The notes under the pieces are model-generated. The model did no database searches. It was not told the DNA's origin and worked only from the letters and a program-made list of their open reading frames with translations. DNA of 64,000 bases from Clostridia bacterium (lineage in GTDB: Bacteria > Bacillota > Clostridia > UMGS1883 > UMGS1540): the NCBI GenBank assembly GCA_045590195.1, contig JAZNQN010000073.1:1098-65097 (forward strand), given 5' to 3'. Position 1 is the first letter of the stretch. Every line of letters begins with the position of its first letter. Shown piece after piece: positions 26,344 through 35,672 of this stretch. Both the position numbers and the translations under genes were made by a program.

Positions 26344-27342
26344 ATGAAAAAATTTTTATCGGCACTACTTGTAATTTTTACCCTTTTAGGGGCAACTGCT
26401 TCTGCAGGCGTATTTGAGGGCAACTTTCTCGATCCTATGAACAATGAACTTTTTGAAGTGGTTGCAGAGCTTGATTATTACGACGACTATAACATGGAAT
26501 TCTTCTCCCGCGACAAAGTATTTAATGAAGACTATACTCTGGCAAAAATAGTTGAAACAGTAATAAGCTACGACGGCACTGTTACCCAGCGCGACCTTTG
26601 CGACTTTATGGACAGCGGAGAATGTGAAAAATATTATTTTGCAGAAGGCGCTCCCGAAAGAGATGACTCTATTTACAACGATGGGCTTAAGTATTTCAGC
26701 AATATGGAAGAGTATTCCTTTGGCTACACAGATATAAACGATGAAGTAAAATACGTTACCTACGCTTTTGACTATTTCGGCTTTGACTACAACCTTGGAA
26801 TTTTAGGCGAAGGCGAAAATAACGGCTATGCAGGTTTAGACCTTCCCGACAGAGAATATAAAACAACCTTTACAAACATTATGACAGACAACCAGAAATA
26901 TGAATTTAACTGTGATATCGGTATGTTTAACGACGACGGCTATGCTCTTATGAGATACAACAAGAAAATGTATGTTGTAAAGCTTCGCCGCGGCGTTATA
27001 CCAACTGTTTTCTATAATGGTAAAAAAATTAAATTCGACCAGATTCCCGTTATTGAAGGCGGCAGAACACTTGTTCCCCTTCGCGCAATTTTCGAAACCT
27101 TCGGCGCTGAAGTAGACTGGGATGGTATTACAAAAACTGTAACCGCCGTAAAAGATAACACAGAGGTTAAACTTACAATCGACAGCACTACTGCTTATAA
27201 AAACGGCCAGGCCATTACCCTTGATGTTCCTGCAAAAATTGTAAACGGAAGAACACTTGTTCCCGTTCGTTTTGTTTCAGATTGCTTTGCAGTTTCAGTT
27301 GACTGGGACGACACAATGCGCCGCGTTATTTTAACACAGTAA
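26344..27342 (+). CDS. Secreted protein with a C-terminal copper-amine-oxidase N-terminal-like (stalk) domain
   Basis: 332 aa with a signal peptide (ALLVIFTLLGATASA). The C-terminal repeats GRTLVPLRAIFETFGAEVDWD and GRTLVPVRFVSDCFAVSVDWD are typical of that domain. Confidence 0.65.
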   Translation: MKKFLSALLVIFTLLGATASAGVFEGNFLDPMNNELFEVVAELDYYDDYNMEFFSRDKVFNEDYTLAKIVETVISYDGTVTQRDLCDFMDSGECEKYYFAEGAPERDDSIYNDGLKYFSNMEEYSFGYTDINDEVKYVTYAFDYFGFDYNLGILGEGENNGYAGLDLPDREYKTTFTNIMTDNQKYEFNCDIGMFNDDGYALMRYNKKMYVVKLRRGVIPTVFYNGKKIKFDQIPVIEGGRTLVPLRAIFETFGAEVDWDGITKTVTAVKDNTEVKLTIDSTTAYKNGQAITLDVPAKIVNGRTLVPVRFVSDCFAVSVDWDDTMRRVILTQ

Positions 27343-27370
27343 AAAAGAGAGGCAAAGCCTCTCTTTTTTT
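27341..27370. terminator. Bidirectional rho-independent terminator
   Basis: An A6 run, then GAGAGGC-AAA-GCCTCTC, then a T7 run. It lies between convergent genes. Confidence 0.75.
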
Positions 27371-28838
27371 ATAGCAATATACAAATAAGCCCGCCGCTGC
27401 CTTCGTTTATAATTTTTTCAAGTGTTTCCTGGAATTTTCCTCTCGCATCTTCAGGCATTTTTGAAAGCTTGCCCTGAAGGCCTTCGTTTACAAGCTCGTG
27501 AAGGCTTTTGCCAAACAAATTCGACTGCCATATTTTTTTGGGGTCTTCGTCAAATTCGTTAAGCAGATAATGTACAAGCTCTTCCGACTGCTTTTCTGTT
27601 CCAACAATTGGGCTTACTTCTGTTTCAATATCGGCTCTTATCATATGAATTGAAGGTGCGCTGGCGCGAAGGCGTACACCAAAGCGGCCGCCCTGTTTTA
27701 CAATTTCGGGCTCTTCTAAAGAAAGCTCGTCAATTGAAGGTGGAACAATGCCATACCCTGTTTCATAAACCTCGTGAAGGGCAAACTGAAGCCTGTCATA
27801 ATTTTTCTTGGCAACCGCCATTTCACGCATAACTGCCATAAGTTCGCCTTCATCGCTTATATCAAAGCCTGTATCATCGCTTAAAATTTTATAAAAAAGA
27901 CCTGGTGGTGTTAAAATACTTATTTTTACGCTGCCACTACCCAAATCTATGTTGTCAATTTGCGCTTTTTCAGCACATTCCAGCGAAGAAAGTTCATCTG
28001 CAAACAAAGAGGCATCTCTTATTTTTTTCACTTTATCGCTGCCTGCAATTGCTTTTTCAAAAATATCTTTTTTAATAAAGTGGTCGTCATCAAGCTTTGT
28101 AACCCATGGCGGCATATCAACAGAAATTTCTGAAAGCGGAAATTCAAAAAGTATGCTTTCGATAATGGAATTTATATCGCTGCCGCTTAAGTTTGCGCAG
28201 TCAACAGGCAAAACCTTTACGCCATATTTTTCTTCCATTTCGTTTTTAATGCGATTGCAGCGCTCGCCTTCGGGATTCATAGAATTAAGTAGCACAATAA
28301 ACGGCTTATTTATCTCACGAAGCTCTTTTATAACCCTTTCCTCGGCTTCTATGTAGCCTTCCCTCGAAATATCAGTAACAGAGCCATCGGTTGTAACTAC
28401 AAGGCCGATTGTTGAATGTTCCTTTATAACCTTACCTGTTCCTATTTCGGCGGCTTTTGCAAAAGGCATTTCCTCGTCAGACCATGGGGTTTTAACCATT
28501 CGGTGTCGCCCGTCTTCCATATCGCCCAGAGCACCTGAAACAATGTAACCAACGCAATCTATCATTCTCACGTTCATTTTTGCGTTTCCCGAAAGCTGAA
28601 TTTCTACTGCCTCGTTTGGAATAAATTTAGGCTCGGTTGTCATAATTGTTCGCCCTGCGGCGCTTTGAGGCATTTCGTCAACTGCGCGCATTCTTCCAAA
28701 TTCATCGGAAATGTTGGGAAGCACAAGCTTTTCCATAAATTTTTTAATAAATGTGGATTTTCCCGTTCGCACAGGGCCTACAACGCCAATGTAAATGTCG
28801 CCCCCGCATCGTTTTGCAATGTCTTCATATATGTTCAT
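27369..28838 (-). CDS. spoIVA: Stage IV sporulation protein A (spore-coat morphogenetic ATPase)
   Basis: 489 aa. MNIYEDIAKRCGGDIYIGVVGPVRTGKSTFIKKFME is the characteristic SpoIVA N-terminus with a Walker A motif. Confidence 0.95.
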   Translation of the reverse strand: MNIYEDIAKRCGGDIYIGVVGPVRTGKSTFIKKFMEKLVLPNISDEFGRMRAVDEMPQSAAGRTIMTTEPKFIPNEAVEIQLSGNAKMNVRMIDCVGYIVSGALGDMEDGRHRMVKTPWSDEEMPFAKAAEIGTGKVIKEHSTIGLVVTTDGSVTDISREGYIEAEERVIKELREINKPFIVLLNSMNPEGERCNRIKNEMEEKYGVKVLPVDCANLSGSDINSIIESILFEFPLSEISVDMPPWVTKLDDDHFIKKDIFEKAIAGSDKVKKIRDASLFADELSSLECAEKAQIDNIDLGSGSVKISILTPPGLFYKILSDDTGFDISDEGELMAVMREMAVAKKNYDRLQFALHEVYETGYGIVPPSIDELSLEEPEIVKQGGRFGVRLRASAPSIHMIRADIETEVSPIVGTEKQSEELVHYLLNEFDEDPKKIWQSNLFGKSLHELVNEGLQGKLSKMPEDARGKFQETLEKIINEGSGGLICILL

Positions 28839-28900
28839 ACAAATCCCCTTCCCGTAATATGTTTGTACATATATATGTGAGGGGAATTTAAATTATACCG

Positions 28901-28926
28901 CAAAAAAAGAACCCGGCGGGTTCTTT
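28901..28926 (-). terminator. Rho-independent terminator after the sugar-phosphate isomerase gene
   Basis: On the minus strand: AAAAAGAACCCGCCGGGTTCTTTTTTTG. Confidence 0.7.
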
Positions 28927-29832
28927 TTATTCTTCAAAACAATCGTATGCAGTTAAAATATATTTACCAATATCGTAAAGCAAAGCTTCAACTTTATTTT
29001 TAAGTTGGATTGGCGGAGACGCAAGTTTTGTTGATTTTTCATAAATTTTTCTGCCTGATGCCGGGCGCAGTATTCGGCTTGCCTCAAAAGTAAAGTAGCC
29101 TTTATAGCCGTTTTCAATAAGGCCACACATTAAAGAGTCGAGATTCATTGTCCCGAAAAAGGGGCCGCTATGGCAATCGTCATCGCCGGGGTTATCCTGA
29201 ACGTGAAGGGCGTAAAGATGCTTACCAAGTGCCTTTATGGCTTCATCAGGCGCTGTTTCCTGCATATTATTATGCCCCAAATCAAGGCAGCCGTGAAAAA
29301 GCGGATGAGAAACAAAATCGATAAGCTCTCGCTGATCAAAAACATTATCAATCCAGTACATATCATCGCGAAACATTTTATTAAAGTTTTCAGTTAAAAT
29401 GTTAACGCCGTAGTTTTCGGCAGTTTCTAAAACACTGTCGTAAAACATTTTATTTCTCTCAAATGTTTCTTCTTTCGAAATATCTTTTGCGTATCCCGAG
29501 TGAACAACAATTCTGTCAACACCAAGGGCTTTGCAGTATTTAACGCATTTTTTAGTATTTTCTAAAAAAGCAGGGCCGCCCTCTCCTGTTCCAAGCACAT
29601 CGCCCATAGGAGAATGGGCCTGAACAAATTTTATTCCATATTTCTCGGCAGAGGCTAAAACCTTTTTAAGATGCCCCTCGTCGTCCCCTGAAAAAAAGCC
29701 TATTTTTTTATTGTAATCGTTATGAAAATTATAATCAACATAGCGAAAGCCTGCTTCGGATATGTATTTTAACATTTCATCGATATCATTGGTATAGCCT
29801 GCATAGTCGCCCGTTGTTGTTGCAAGTTTCAT
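28927..29832 (-). CDS. Sugar phosphate isomerase/epimerase (xylose-isomerase-like TIM barrel)
   Basis: 301 aa. The pattern of conserved H/D/E (FVQAHSP, RIVVHSG, LTENF, CLDLGH, HVQDN) is typical of the AP_endonuc_2 / IolE-like fold. Confidence 0.7.
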   Translation of the reverse strand: MKLATTTGDYAGYTNDIDEMLKYISEAGFRYVDYNFHNDYNKKIGFFSGDDEGHLKKVLASAEKYGIKFVQAHSPMGDVLGTGEGGPAFLENTKKCVKYCKALGVDRIVVHSGYAKDISKEETFERNKMFYDSVLETAENYGVNILTENFNKMFRDDMYWIDNVFDQRELIDFVSHPLFHGCLDLGHNNMQETAPDEAIKALGKHLYALHVQDNPGDDDCHSGPFFGTMNLDSLMCGLIENGYKGYFTFEASRILRPASGRKIYEKSTKLASPPIQLKNKVEALLYDIGKYILTAYDCFEE

Positions 29833-29842
29833 TTTCTTACCC

Positions 29843-31117
29843 CTAAAGCTTTTTAATATATTTTTTCTTGTGCAAATTCTTGCGAAGAGTGTTCATAAGC
29901 TTTTTGTCGGCAAAAACATAAGTTTTGCCGATAACATTTGTTCTGATAGCATAATGAAAGCTTTCAAAATCGTCACATTCAATAAATTTTGCGCTGTCAA
30001 GCCCTGCGCTTTCAAGGCGGGAAATTACTTCTTTTCTGCCATCGCCACCAATTAAAATTCCGTGGTAGTTAAGGTTTATAATCTTTTCAAAGGGGATACT
30101 TTCAAGCCAGCCTTCTTCTTTTCTTCCAAGCAAAATGGCTATATACAAAACGCCCTCATCTTTGATAATAGAATTTACCGATTCAGTGAAATCAAGAGCA
30201 CTTCCAACAGCAATTAAACGAAGCTCTTTTGTATCGATTTTAACTTTTTCATAAACGCCTTTAATGCTTTTTACGCTTTCAATTCCTTCTTTTATAAACT
30301 GAGGCTCAACACCCAAAGCACCTGCAAGTGTTGCCGCACAAAGGGCATTATATGTATGGCTTCCCCCCGGGAGAGGAACATCAATAACAAGGCCATCGAG
30401 TGAAACTGTGGTTCCGTTTTCCGAAATGGCATCTACCCTGTCAACCCCCAAAGCAAGCTGCGGCCTTGTTTTTCCGCACACTTCGCAGGAGTAGTTTCCA
30501 AGGTGGGCATATGTATTGTAAATATATTTGTATGGATTATTGCAGTCAGGACAAATTTTGCCTTCCTCATCACGAAGGTTGCCACCTGGGAAATCGGGGT
30601 TTATACGAAAGCCGTAAAAATACCTTCTGCTGCCTTCGCAGAAACTGAAAAGTGCAGGCTCATCGCCGTTTAAAACATAAATTACATCATCAAATTTAGA
30701 AAATGCATTTTCAAAGTTTTTGTATATGTTTCCATCAGGGTTTTTATCGGTAAAAATGTTGGTAATCGCTACTGCGTAAGGCTTTACAAGCTCCGTTATA
30801 GCTTCAATTTTATCGGCATCGGCCTCGAAAATTAAATACCTTTCGCCCTCGCCCATAAATTTAAGCATTTCACAAAGCACGCCTTCTCCGCTTTTTGCCA
30901 CTTTGCCTTTGCAGGGCACGCCCGATGCTTTAACCGCCGAAACCGTTTCAATAAGAGTTGAAGTTTTTCCGCAGGAGCCGCAAATAAAAACTGTTTTACA
31001 TTTTTCGGAAACAATTTTTACAAGGTCTGGCTGAAACTTTAAGGCGGCAGAAACAAATGGCTTTTCAAGGCGCAAAAAAGATGCCGCAAAAGCTAAAATT
31101 TTAAAAAATGTAATCAT
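29843..31117 (-). CDS. murT: MurT-like Mur-ligase family protein (lipid II isoglutaminyl synthase ligase-subunit type)
   Basis: 424 aa. P-loop ICGSCGKTST and a four-Cys ribbon (CPDCNNPYKY...HLGNYSCEVCGKTRP) as in MurT. No GatD-like amidotransferase gene is adjacent. Confidence 0.55.
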   Translation of the reverse strand: MITFFKILAFAASFLRLEKPFVSAALKFQPDLVKIVSEKCKTVFICGSCGKTSTLIETVSAVKASGVPCKGKVAKSGEGVLCEMLKFMGEGERYLIFEADADKIEAITELVKPYAVAITNIFTDKNPDGNIYKNFENAFSKFDDVIYVLNGDEPALFSFCEGSRRYFYGFRINPDFPGGNLRDEEGKICPDCNNPYKYIYNTYAHLGNYSCEVCGKTRPQLALGVDRVDAISENGTTVSLDGLVIDVPLPGGSHTYNALCAATLAGALGVEPQFIKEGIESVKSIKGVYEKVKIDTKELRLIAVGSALDFTESVNSIIKDEGVLYIAILLGRKEEGWLESIPFEKIINLNYHGILIGGDGRKEVISRLESAGLDSAKFIECDDFESFHYAIRTNVIGKTYVFADKKLMNTLRKNLHKKKYIKKL

Positions 31118-31127
31118 AAATTCCTCC

Positions 31128-31769
31128 TCATATTCTTATGACATAAAGATAAATCGAGAAAAAGTGTAAAATGCTTCCTCCGAGAACAAAAAAGTGCCAG
31201 ATGGAATGCATATATCTGAACTTTGTAAGTGCAAAAAATATAATTCCAAGGGTATAGGTAATGCCGCCAAGAAAAAGAAAAATTATTCCGCCGGGAGCTA
31301 CTGCCTGCATTAAATCATGCATACGAAAAATAATAAACCAGCCCATAACCACATAGCAAATGTGGCAGAAAATTGAATATTTTTCAAGGTTTATGGCGTT
31401 TAGAACTATGCCAAGTATTGCCGCCGACCATATTATTGCGGCAATTATAACCCCGCCCCTGTGAAGAAGGGAAATAAGTGCGTAAGGGGTATAAGTTCCC
31501 GCAATTAAAAGAAAAATTGATGCATGGTCGAAAATGCGGAAAACCGCCTTTGCCTTCTGGTTGGTAAGGGAGTGATAAAGGGTTGAGAAAACGTACATAA
31601 GCACAAGTGTTCCGCCGTAAATGCAGGCGCAAACAACATAAAGCACGTGCCCCGTAAAAGCCGCCGAAACAATCAAAAGCACCAGTGCCGCAACCGCCAA
31701 AAGCGCGCCAACACCGTGTGATACGGCGTTTACAATTTCTTCTCCAAGTGTGTAATTGGGTTTTGCCAC
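31128..31769 (-). CDS. Hemolysin III / PAQR family membrane protein
   Basis: 213 aa with 7 TM helices. N-terminal EEIVNAVSHGVG and HxxxH-type C-terminal histidines (MHSIWHFFV). Confidence 0.85.
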   Translation of the reverse strand: MAKPNYTLGEEIVNAVSHGVGALLAVAALVLLIVSAAFTGHVLYVVCACIYGGTLVLMYVFSTLYHSLTNQKAKAVFRIFDHASIFLLIAGTYTPYALISLLHRGGVIIAAIIWSAAILGIVLNAINLEKYSIFCHICYVVMGWFIIFRMHDLMQAVAPGGIIFLFLGGITYTLGIIFFALTKFRYMHSIWHFFVLGGSILHFFSIYLYVIRI

Positions 31770-32566
31770 TATTTTGCCTCCTTATGAGCTGTTTCTACAA
31801 TGCCTTCAATATCCACAAGTTCGTTTGTACACATATTATTATCATTTTTTACATAAAGCAAATATTCTATGTTGCCCTTGGGGCCTTTAATTGGCGAAAA
31901 ATCAATGTCGAGAACAGAAAAGCCATTATCTTGCGCCATCTCAAGCACATTGTTTATAACCTCAATATGAGTTTCGGCCTCTCTTACAACGCCGTTTTTG
32001 CCAACCTTTTCTTTGCCTGCTTCAAACTGAGGCTTTATAAGGCAAACTGCCTCGCCGCCTGCCTTTAAAAGCTTTTTCATTACAGGGAAAATAAGCTTAA
32101 GCGAAATAAAAGATACATCAACGCTTGCAAAATCAAGAGCCTCATCAAGCTGTTCTCTTTCAACATAGCGAATATTTGTGCGCTCCATATTTACAACGCG
32201 CTCGTCTGTTCTAAGCGACCAGGCAAGCTGACCATAGCCTACATCAACGCTGTAAACCTTTTTTGCGCCGTTTTGAAGCATACAGTCGGTAAAGCCGCCT
32301 GTTGAAGCGCCAATATCCATACAAACCTTGCCGGAAAGCTCTGCCCCGAAGCACTCCATTGCTTTTTCAAGCTTGAGGCCCCCTCGGCTAACATAGCGAA
32401 GGCCTTCTCTTACTTCAATTTCGTCTTTTTCGCTAACGCTCATACCCGCCTTTTCAGCCTTCTGGCCGTTTACGTAAACCATTCCGCTCATAATAAGCGC
32501 CTGGGCACGGCTTCTGCCTTCACAAAGCGAGTTTTCAGCCATATATACATCAAGCCTTACTTTCAT
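31769..32566 (-). CDS. tlyA: TlyA family 16S/23S rRNA (cytidine-2'-O)-methyltransferase
   Basis: 265 aa. N-terminal S4 domain (RLDVYMAEN...SRAQA), SAM motif (DIGASTGGFTD), and YSVDVGYGQLAW. Confidence 0.9.
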   Translation of the reverse strand: MKVRLDVYMAENSLCEGRSRAQALIMSGMVYVNGQKAEKAGMSVSEKDEIEVREGLRYVSRGGLKLEKAMECFGAELSGKVCMDIGASTGGFTDCMLQNGAKKVYSVDVGYGQLAWSLRTDERVVNMERTNIRYVEREQLDEALDFASVDVSFISLKLIFPVMKKLLKAGGEAVCLIKPQFEAGKEKVGKNGVVREAETHIEVINNVLEMAQDNGFSVLDIDFSPIKGPKGNIEYLLYVKNDNNMCTNELVDIEGIVETAHKEAK

Positions 32567-34394
32567 TTAATATCTCCTTGATTTCTTTTGATATACTTAT
32601 TTTGTCAAGCCCGTAAATTTCAAATATTTCTCCTCTGCCTGCGGCAGGAATAAATTCGTTCGGGAATGCTTTATTTATAACTTTAAATGTTTTGCCACTC
32701 TTTGCCGCCCGGGCTGCAATTTTTTCGCCAACGCCGCCCGAGAGCACATTATCCTCTATTGTTACCAAAACTCCCGTTTTTTCGGCGCTTTTGAAAATAG
32801 TTTCAAAATCTATTGGCGCGGCACATCTTAGGTCGATAACTTCGGCAGAAATGTTTTCTTCCGCAAGAATTTTAAAGCTTTCAAGAGCAGTATTTACCAT
32901 TGTTCCAAGGGCCGCAATTGTTACATCGCCGCCACTTGTCAAAGGTGCCGCTTTTCCAAACTCAAACTCGCCGCCAATATGTGGGGCTGAGCCTTTGGGG
33001 TATCTTACGGCTATGGGACCATTATGCTTTGAAACTGCATAAGAAAGCATTTTGTGTAGCATTTCGTTGTCGCAAGGGGCTAAAATTGCCATACCGGGAA
33101 TGTGACTTAAAAACGAAATATCAAAAACTCCCTGATGGGTTTCGCCATCTTCCCCTACAACGCCAGCTCTGTCAATAGCTAGTGTTACGTGTCTGCCTCC
33201 TATTGCAACGTCGTGAAGCAGGCTGTCGTATGCTCTTTGAAGAAACGAAGAATAAACCGAAACTACAGGTTTAAAGCCTTTTTGCGCCATTCCTGCCGCA
33301 AAGGTTATGGCGTGTGCCTCGGCAATTCCTGTATCAAAAAGCCTTTCTTTATACTGATTTTTAAAATTTTCAAGGCCGCATGATGCCACCATTGAAGGGC
33401 ATATCGAAACAACCTTTTCATCACTTTCAGCAAGAGATAGCATACTTTCGCCAAACTGCGCGGTAAAGGTTTTTCCGCCGCCCGAGGGTTTTCCCGAAAC
33501 ACCGTGGAAAAGATTTGGCGCATCTTCGGAGGGCTTATAGCCTTTGCCCTTTGTTGTGCAAACATGCACAATAACAGGCCCTTCTATTTTTTTGGCCTCT
33601 TCAAATGTACTGCAAAGAAGGGAAATATCGTGGCCATTTACAGGGCCTAAGTATTTATAGCCAAGCTGCTCAAAAACTACGCCCGGGGTTATAAGATATT
33701 TAATATACCCCTTTGCCCTTTTAACCGTTTTTTTAAGTACGCCGCCAAAAAGCGGAATTTTATCGAGAAAATTATTTGTTTCTCTTTTTGCGTTATAGTA
33801 AGAGGGTTTTACTCTCACGCGGTTTAAATACCTTGCAAAAGCACCCCTGTTTTTTTCAATTGACATCTGGTTATCGTTTAATATGATAATAACCTTTTTC
33901 TTAAGCTGAGAAATGCAGTTAAGCGCCTCCATAGGAAGGCCGCCTGAAAACGAGGCATCGCCAATTACGGCAACAACCTGTTTTTTATCGCTCTTTAAAT
34001 CTGCGCTGCAGGCAAAGCCAAGCGCTACTGAAAGCGATGTTCCGCTATGCCCTGTTTCAAAGGTATCATACTGGCTTTCTTCAGGCTTTGGAAAGCCGCT
34101 TAAGCCGCCCCTTTGGCGAAGAGTTGAAAACTTATCCCTTCTGCCGCAGATTATTTTGTGAACATAGCTTTGATGGCCAACATCGAATATAATATCGTCA
34201 TCAGGGGCAGAAAAAACTTTATGTAAAGCTATTGTCAGCTCCACAACGCCCAAGTTCGATGCAAGATGCCCGCCTGTTTTTAAAACTGTATCAATTAAAA
34301 ACTCCCTTATTTCGCCCGAAAGCTTATTAAGAGAGTTTAAATCAAGTTCTTTTAAATCTTCGGGGCTGTTTATTGATGACAAGATATCTGCCAT
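32550..34394 (-). CDS. dxs: 1-deoxy-D-xylulose-5-phosphate synthase
   Basis: GHLASNLGVVELT, GHQSY.HKI, TGHSGTSLS and GDASFSGGLPMEALN are canonical Dxs/TPP motifs. The ORF-track TTG start at 34451 has no RBS and overlaps the upstream gene. The ATG at 34394 (MADILSSINSPEDLKEL) matches usual Dxs N-termini. Confidence 0.95.
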   Translation of the reverse strand: MADILSSINSPEDLKELDLNSLNKLSGEIREFLIDTVLKTGGHLASNLGVVELTIALHKVFSAPDDDIIFDVGHQSYVHKIICGRRDKFSTLRQRGGLSGFPKPEESQYDTFETGHSGTSLSVALGFACSADLKSDKKQVVAVIGDASFSGGLPMEALNCISQLKKKVIIILNDNQMSIEKNRGAFARYLNRVRVKPSYYNAKRETNNFLDKIPLFGGVLKKTVKRAKGYIKYLITPGVVFEQLGYKYLGPVNGHDISLLCSTFEEAKKIEGPVIVHVCTTKGKGYKPSEDAPNLFHGVSGKPSGGGKTFTAQFGESMLSLAESDEKVVSICPSMVASCGLENFKNQYKERLFDTGIAEAHAITFAAGMAQKGFKPVVSVYSSFLQRAYDSLLHDVAIGGRHVTLAIDRAGVVGEDGETHQGVFDISFLSHIPGMAILAPCDNEMLHKMLSYAVSKHNGPIAVRYPKGSAPHIGGEFEFGKAAPLTSGGDVTIAALGTMVNTALESFKILAEENISAEVIDLRCAAPIDFETIFKSAEKTGVLVTIEDNVLSGGVGEKIAARAAKSGKTFKVINKAFPNEFIPAAGRGEIFEIYGLDKISISKEIKEILNESKA

Positions 34395-34413
34395 AAACTT
34401 ACCAACTTTCAAA

Positions 34414-35001
34414 TCATTTTTTTCTTCCGAAAAAGTAAATAATTTTTCCAACCATATAAATTATGCCGTTGCAATTATTTATTGCAAGGGTTTTGCCTGC
34501 CGCTTTGCCGCCAACGGTAAGGGCAGAAATCATTCCTGTAATTAAAAGGCTGGTTAAAAGAAAATTAAAGCCGTGCACCAGCACCACATCTGCCACAACA
34601 ACCGAGCCTACGCTACCGCTTACAATGCCGCATATATCGCCGATAACATCGTTACAAATGCTTGAAACCTTTTCGTTATGTTTAATAAGCTTTACCACGT
34701 AGTATGCGCCGGGCACCTTTCTCGATGCCATAGCGTGAAATGGAACATCAGAAGCCGTTGCCACCGCCATACCTATCATATCAAATAAAATACCAACCAG
34801 TATAATCGCAAACAAAACAATAAAGGCTACTGAAAGCGTAACATCCTGAAGGGTTGAGGCCGTAAAGGCGCTTATCAGAACCGACAGGATAAACGTTAAC
34901 AAAACCGTTATTAAAAGCCACGAAAAGCTGAATTTTTTATTACCTGTATGGTAACTTTTAACTCTTATTTTTTTCTTTTTAAAACTACTTGAGTCGTCCA
35001 T
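34414..35001 (-). CDS. oapA: OLE-associated protein A (OapA)-like four-TM membrane protein
   Basis: 195 aa with a basic N-terminus and four TM helices. It sits between a ~0.63-kb structured non-coding region and dxs-tlyA, which is the known position of oapA. Assigned by synteny and topology, not by alignment. Confidence 0.6.
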   Translation of the reverse strand: MDDSSSFKKKKIRVKSYHTGNKKFSFSWLLITVLLTFILSVLISAFTASTLQDVTLSVAFIVLFAIILVGILFDMIGMAVATASDVPFHAMASRKVPGAYYVVKLIKHNEKVSSICNDVIGDICGIVSGSVGSVVVADVVLVHGFNFLLTSLLITGMISALTVGGKAAGKTLAINNCNGIIYMVGKIIYFFGRKK

Positions 35002-35009
35002 TTAATTTC

Positions 35010-35637
35010 TCCAAAAAAATGTTGTGGGGGCGAAGCGAAAAGTAAATTTTACGGCATAGGTCCGAGTAGGTTTTCCCACAATAGTTCCTGCGCGTTGCCG
35101 CTCCAGGTGGTTTCCCATTAAACATTGCCCGGCAAAGCCGGCACCGGATCGCCACTTAGTCCGCACTGCAATCCTTTCCGCTCCTCTAGTGAACAGCCTA
35201 GGAGATTTCCTCAACAGTCAAACCGATTCTTAGCCTCTTTTGCAAATATAATTTCAAATGGCAATAGCCTTTTGTTTGTTGGCCGACAAACTAAGGCCTG
35301 CTCCATTATCCTTCATACCCACTCAAGGCAGGCTACTCTGCCCACAGCCACTTTGGCAGAAAATTCCGCCTCCGCACCGCGCGGCAGGTTTAATCCTAAG
35401 TCGTACTCCATACCGTTACCCGAAGGTAAGCAGACTAGGAGCACAAGCATAGGTCTCCACGGAAAAGGGGTCACCTCCGCATGCCATTGCGGCCCGCCCC
35501 TAAACCTTAACCCCCAGCACAAACCCCCGACTGGGCGTCGAAAGCCTGCACAAGGAACTTCATCGATGTGCCCTTTAACGGATTTTTAGGCCCGTCCTGG
35601 GAACCGGCATCCTGACTAGGATACTGCGCCACCCGCT
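35010..35637 (-). ncRNA. ole: OLE (ornate, large, extremophilic) RNA
   Basis: ORF-free and G+C-enriched, with many complementary segments. It is co-oriented with and directly upstream of the oapA-like gene, dxs and tlyA. It has its own TTGCAT-17-TATAAT promoter. The ends are approximate. Confidence 0.75.
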
Positions 35638-35643
35638 AGGGTA

Positions 35644-35672
35644 ATTATAGCATATTGCATTTTGAAATGCAA
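35644..35672 (-). promoter_or_regulatory. Sigma-A type promoter driving the OLE RNA
   Basis: On the minus strand: TTGCAT (comp 35667-35672), 17-nt spacer, TATAAT (comp 35644-35649). The -35 hexamer lies inside the small palindrome TTGCATTTCAAAATGCAA. Confidence 0.55.

Noticed and set aside
35002-35589. ORF-track ORFs inside the OLE region (35002..35214 -, 35125..35589 +, 35258..35452 +, 35313..35522 -)
   Set aside because: They have no RBS, overlap each other on both strands, and have a Pro/Arg/Ser/Gly-rich composition unlike the rest of the proteome. The region is better explained as a structured RNA.
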